From the NCBI GenBank assembly GCA_023251595.1, contig JAHEYM010000001.1, forward strand, positions 8,675 to 45,158: a stretch of DNA of 36,484 nt. Reading direction: 5' to 3'. The notes under the pieces were generated by a model. That model did no database searches. It saw nothing but the letters and a program-made list of their open reading frames with translations, and was not told where the DNA came from. Below are positions 32,861 through 36,484 of this stretch, in pieces. How positions within the stretch are numbered: position 1 is the first letter of the stretch; each line of letters starts with the position of its first letter. Source of the DNA: Bacteroidota bacterium (lineage in GTDB: Bacteria > Bacteroidota > Bacteroidia > AKYH767-A > JABDAW01). Position numbers and translations under genes: made by a program.

Positions 32861-32974
32861 GGAAAATATTTGTCAACAAAAACCTCTTTCTGGAAAATAT
32901 TTAACAAAAAAGGTTGTTTTGTGGAAAATATTTGCAGTTTTAGTCAAAACAAACATATTTAATGGAAAATATTT
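32861..32974 (+). promoter_or_regulatory. Four exact direct copies of GGAAAATATTT at 32861, 32892, 32923 and 32964 (spacing 31, 31, 41 nt)
   Basis: Read directly. Located 97-210 nt upstream of the PAS sensor gene. A partial inverted copy GAAAATTTCC lies at about 32997. Confidence 0.6.
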
Positions 32975-33070
32975 TTCGAAGATTGTCAGAACGATAGAAA
33001 ATTTCCTATATCTTCGCATTATTCAGTCCATCATTCGATTTTTTTCTTCCTTCACTTAAAAAATACTTTC

Positions 33071-35200
33071 ATGTCTAAAGACAACCAAACACCTGTATTG
33101 AAATCAGCCTATCTGATTATTGCAATTCTTACGCTGTTAGTGTTTGTGATAGAATGTTTGATGATGGTTTTATTTGGCTATGTTTTTTCGGTTTCGAAAC
33201 TCTGGAGTTCAATTTTAGATCCCGTATTTTTAGCTATATTGATATTTCCGTTTTTTTATTTCCTCGTGTATAAACCGTTTAAGCGCCACATGATTGATAA
33301 AGAAAAAACCAATGAATACTTGCAGATAAGTTTAAAAGAATTAGCTGACCATAAATATGAATTAGAACAGTATAAAGCGGAGCTTGAACAAAAAGTGAAA
33401 GAACGAAACCACGAACTCTCTAAAATAAATGAAGAACTAACAGAAAGAGATTATTTTCTTCAGGAATCGCAACGGGTCGGGAATATCGGTTCGTATAGAA
33501 CAAATTTTATCACCGGATATTGGCAATCATCAGAAACACTTGACAGCATATTTGCTATTGATAAAAGCTACGACAGAAGTCTCGCGGGATGGTTGGAAAT
33601 AGTGCATCCTGAAGATAAACAAAAATTGGATGATTATCTCCGTTTGGAAGTTATAGCTAAACAAAAACGATTTGACAAAGAATATAGAATTATAGGAATT
33701 AAAGACAAACTAATTAAGTGGGTGCAAGGTTTTGGCGATGTGAAATTTGATAACTCCGGTAATATAACGGAAATGATTGGGACGATCCAGGATATTACTG
33801 ATCGCAAAAAAGCAGAGGAAAAACTTTTCTTAAGAGTGAAAGAACTGCGTGACTATCAGTATGCAATCGACCAGTCTTCAACCGTGGAAATAACGGACAG
33901 CGAAGGAAAAATAGTTTTTGCAAATGAAAACTTCTGTAAACTCTCAAAATATACTTTGGATGAATTAATCGGACAAGATCACAGGATAATGAATTCGGGT
34001 TATCACCCAAAGAGTTTTTTTGCAAACCTTTGGGATACAATTCAATCGGGTAAAACCTTCAAAGGCGAAGTTAAAAACAAAGCTAAAGACGGGAGTTTTT
34101 TCTGGGTAAATTCAGTTATCATTCCCTTTCTGGATGAAAATCAGAAACCCCATCAATATATGATTTTCAGAGAAGACATCACCGATCGCAAACAGGCAGA
34201 GGAGGCTCTGGCGGAATCAAACGAATTTAATAAACAAATTATCCAAAACGCACAGGATGGAATTATTGTTTACGACCGGAATTTGCGCTATTTGGTTTGG
34301 AACTCTTTTATGGAAAAATTTACCGGCGTACCGGCTTCGCAGGTCTTGGGTAAGTATCCATCTGAGATATTTCCATTTTTAGAAAAGACAAATGTTATAA
34401 ACAATATTAAGAGAGCATTGACCGGTGAAATTGTGATTACACCTGATTTTAATTTTCATATACCCAATTCCGAAATAGATGGCTGGGCGTTGGATACTAA
34501 CTCTCCTTTAAAAAATTTAAAAGGTGAAATAATTGGTGTCATTGGGATTGTGCATGATATTACCGAACGGAAACAAGCGGAAGAGGCATTGCAAAAATCA
34601 GAAAGAAACCTTCAGGCAATCTTTGAAAACACTACTATTGGTTTTCTTTTACTTGATACGGATTTAAACATTCGTTCATTCAACAAACGTGGTTATGATT
34701 TGACGATACTTGCCTTCGGAAAAAAGTTGGAAAAGAACACCAACATGCTAACAACACTTCCTCCCGAACGACAGCAACCGTTCGCTGACAAACAAAGACA
34801 GGTCTTACAAGGCAAAATATTTAAATATGAAGTTCAATACCCGCAAGAAGCTGGTAGTTCGGTTTGGTTGATCATCAATATAAGACCCATATTCAACCAT
34901 ACAAATCTGGTCGGTGAAATATTAATCTCGATCACTGATATAACCGAAATAAAAATTGCGGAACAAAAATTGGCTCATCACGTCAAGACCCTTACCGAAA
35001 TCGCCAATATGCAATCTCATCAGGTACGTGCGCCGATCGCGAGTCTTCTCGGCCTTATCAGTCTCTTCAATTTTGAGAATCCAAACGATCCGATGAATGC
35101 AGAAATATTGTTAAAAGTAGAAACAGCTACCCGGGCGTTCGATAAAGTGATTTATGATATCAATCAGAAAATCTCTGAAATAAAACCGTCCCGCGATTAA
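33071..35200 (+). CDS. Membrane-anchored multi-PAS sensor ending in a histidine-kinase DHp (H-box) domain, with no HATPase domain
   Basis: Two N-terminal TM helices and a coiled coil. Four PAS modules each end in DIT(D/E)RK(K/Q)AEE(K/A)L or DITEIKIAEQKL. H-box is MQSHQVRAPIASLLGL. Only ~59 aa follow before the stop. Confidence 0.8.
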   Translation: MSKDNQTPVLKSAYLIIAILTLLVFVIECLMMVLFGYVFSVSKLWSSILDPVFLAILIFPFFYFLVYKPFKRHMIDKEKTNEYLQISLKELADHKYELEQYKAELEQKVKERNHELSKINEELTERDYFLQESQRVGNIGSYRTNFITGYWQSSETLDSIFAIDKSYDRSLAGWLEIVHPEDKQKLDDYLRLEVIAKQKRFDKEYRIIGIKDKLIKWVQGFGDVKFDNSGNITEMIGTIQDITDRKKAEEKLFLRVKELRDYQYAIDQSSTVEITDSEGKIVFANENFCKLSKYTLDELIGQDHRIMNSGYHPKSFFANLWDTIQSGKTFKGEVKNKAKDGSFFWVNSVIIPFLDENQKPHQYMIFREDITDRKQAEEALAESNEFNKQIIQNAQDGIIVYDRNLRYLVWNSFMEKFTGVPASQVLGKYPSEIFPFLEKTNVINNIKRALTGEIVITPDFNFHIPNSEIDGWALDTNSPLKNLKGEIIGVIGIVHDITERKQAEEALQKSERNLQAIFENTTIGFLLLDTDLNIRSFNKRGYDLTILAFGKKLEKNTNMLTTLPPERQQPFADKQRQVLQGKIFKYEVQYPQEAGSSVWLIINIRPIFNHTNLVGEILISITDITEIKIAEQKLAHHVKTLTEIANMQSHQVRAPIASLLGLISLFNFENPNDPMNAEILLKVETATRAFDKVIYDINQKISEIKPSRD

Positions 35201-35215
35201 CGGGACGGTTTTTTT
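35186..35215 (+). terminator. Intrinsic terminator CCGTCCCG-cgattaa-CGGGACGG followed by T7
   Basis: Read directly. The TAA stop (35198-35200) lies in the loop. Confidence 0.8.
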
Positions 35216-35216
35216 A

Positions 35217-35305
35217 CCCCACCTAAATCCTCCCCAAATGGGGAGGACTTTTAGTGAAGTTGAAGAATAAAATTACTCCTCCCCATTTGGGGAGGTTGGG
35301 TGGGG
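35217..35305. repeat. Composite inverted-repeat element: two ~30-nt arms (CCCCACC..CCTCCCCAAATGGGGAGG and CCTCCCCATTTGGGGAGG..GGTGGGG) around a ~31-nt spacer
   Basis: Read directly. Each arm is itself a hairpin. Lies between convergent genes. Confidence 0.75.
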
Positions 35306-35311
35306 AAAGGA

Positions 35312-36484
35312 TTAATGGGTGATCGTAATTTTAGAAGTTTTCACACTTGTGCTGTTTGTTGCTTTAACAGTGTAAACACCATTTGCAAGTTGACTCACAT
35401 TAACTCTATATAAATTTCCGGTGAAGTTTCCTTTCATTACTTCATTTCCCAACATATCAACCACCGTGAAATCGGTTGTACCAGTGTTTCCATGAACTTC
35501 AATCGCAAGTTCTCTGACTGCAGGATTAGGATATAAATTCATCACGTCATTTTCCATATATATAGATGGCGTAGAAAGAAATACATCGATCGTATTGAGT
35601 GTTGTATTCGTAACTACAGCGGAATTAAAGTCGAAATAAATTCCTGCTACATTATTAATGATTGACCCATTTGCAACACCTGTATTTGGTTTAACTCTAT
35701 ATGCAACATAACCATTAGATCTCGCCTGATTTGCACCTGAATCGGGTAACATTATATTATAGAAACCAAACTTCACCACACGACCCGGAAGAATATCAAC
35801 AGTTACCTGCGAGCTGCTCGAAACAACCTGGAATGTATTAAGATCTAAATGTGTGTCGAGTGTATCGAGAATAAACACATTATACGCGGTATCGGTTCCG
35901 GTATTTTGGAAATGAATGGTGTAATCAAGGGTTGTTGTCGGAAGAATTCTTCCGGTTGCACCAACACCTTCTTCTCTTGTTTTCTCATTCGGATCGATCG
36001 CGTTCGTGAACACACGACAAACAGTAGAAGTATTGTTGGTTGCATCGAAATCGCCGACAATTGGGTCAACTGAGAAGGTGTTACAAAGAGAATCACCGAT
36101 CACGGCGGAGGGAGAAACAGCAACTTCAACCCAAGTGTACCACGCATTGTACCAGTACCAATAATTTACGTTGTTCAGATTCGAGAAATTCCATGTAATC
36201 ACATTTCCTGCAACAGAAGTTGGTGCAAGATTGGAACTCACATAAGTAAGACGTGAATCCAAAGTTAATGTTGCTGTTCCACTTGTTGGCAAACAATGGG
36301 TGTTGTATGCATCCACATATATATATCTGTTGAAACCGGGGCGGAAATTCCCTGTCCATAAATAAGCTTCGAGATCAAAACCACCCATACAGGTAGTTCC
36401 GAAATCGTTATTCGCTGATGGAAGTGAAGAAACGGTGTAAGAGCCGGAAACCGGTGAAGTTACAGTATAACCATATTGAGTAAT
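35312..36484 (-). CDS. Partial T9SS-sorted protein with a DUF11-like conserved repeat domain (N-terminus outside the window)
   Basis: The frame stays open from 36388 to the window end (…ITQYGYTVTSPVSGSYTVSSLPSANNDFGTTCMGGFDLE). LDYTIHFQNTGTDTAYNVFILDTLD resembles the DUF11 repeat. The tail is LYPNPAVRELAIEV...GVYTVKA. Confidence 0.65.
   Translation of the reverse strand: MTQYGYTVTSPVSGSYTVSSLPSANNDFGTTCMGGFDLEAYLWTGNFRPGFNRYIYVDAYNTHCLPTSGTATLTLDSRLTYVSSNLAPTSVAGNVITWNFSNLNNVNYWYWYNAWYTWVEVAVSPSAVIGDSLCNTFSVDPIVGDFDATNNTSTVCRVFTNAIDPNEKTREEGVGATGRILPTTTLDYTIHFQNTGTDTAYNVFILDTLDTHLDLNTFQVVSSSSQVTVDILPGRVVKFGFYNIMLPDSGANQARSNGYVAYRVKPNTGVANGSIINNVAGIYFDFNSAVVTNTTLNTIDVFLSTPSIYMENDVMNLYPNPAVRELAIEVHGNTGTTDFTVVDMLGNEVMKGNFTGNLYRVNVSQLANGVYTVKATNSTSVKTSKITITH

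Noticed and set aside
32859-33059. 66-aa ORF covering the GGAAAATATTT repeats.
   Set aside because: Its periodic sequence (…GKYL…WKIF…NGKYF…) is just the 11-mer read in frame. It is treated as non-coding regulatory DNA.
1-36484. tRNA, rRNA, tmRNA, RNase P or SRP RNA genes in the intergenic gaps (largest gaps 371, 311, 242 and 232 nt).
   Set aside because: No cloverleaf-compatible or otherwise recognisable structured RNA signatures were seen. The gaps are largely accounted for by the repeats and promoters described above.

Overview
The window looks like a chromosomal segment from a low-GC Bacteroidota genome. Four observations support this: many proteins end in T9SS (Por) C-terminal sorting domains, a CarboxypepD_reg-type TonB-dependent receptor is present, TTTG-N20-TAnnTTTG promoters occur, and start codons lack Shine-Dalgarno signals. 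I see no rRNA, tRNA, CRISPR array, transposase or integrase.

Gene content in order:
- 215-5217 (-): a compact operon of PqqD-like chaperone, ATP-grasp ligase, fold-type-III PLP decarboxylase and a urea-transporter-family/M23-peptidase fusion. I cannot assign it to any characterised pathway, and it is my top candidate for an undescribed system.
- 5529-7955: housekeeping genes (DUF1801-like, nadD, gmk, yicC).
- 8152-11963: an AT-rich, C-protein-controlled Type II restriction-modification island. It has two tandem paralogous endonuclease-like genes and one convergent N6-adenine methyltransferase.
- 12108-15126: eamA-family transporter, scpA and a flippase-like membrane protein.
- 15283-16817: two tandemly duplicated DUF5011-type lipoproteins.
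- 16993-19790: paaABCD.
- 19963-26710: four T9SS cargo genes, interrupted by a DUF899 gene.
- 26739-31306: a TonB-dependent receptor flanked by two HmuY-like paralogs.
- 31678-32838: a small membrane protein and a YdeI-like protein.
- 33071-35200: a four-PAS sensor that ends in a DHp (H-box) domain with no ATPase domain.
- 35312-36484: a partial T9SS cargo gene.

Intergenic DNA is unusually rich in short structured repeats. These include 7-9 nt tandem arrays built on the words TTCAACC/GGTTGAA, TCGTAAG and TTCGTGAA, GC-rich hairpin elements, two near-identical 20-bp palindromes, a dispersed ~33-nt element that carries a complete promoter, a TGTCAT hexamer array, and four helically phased GGAAAATATTT repeats.

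All functional calls come from motifs read by eye. No database search was run.
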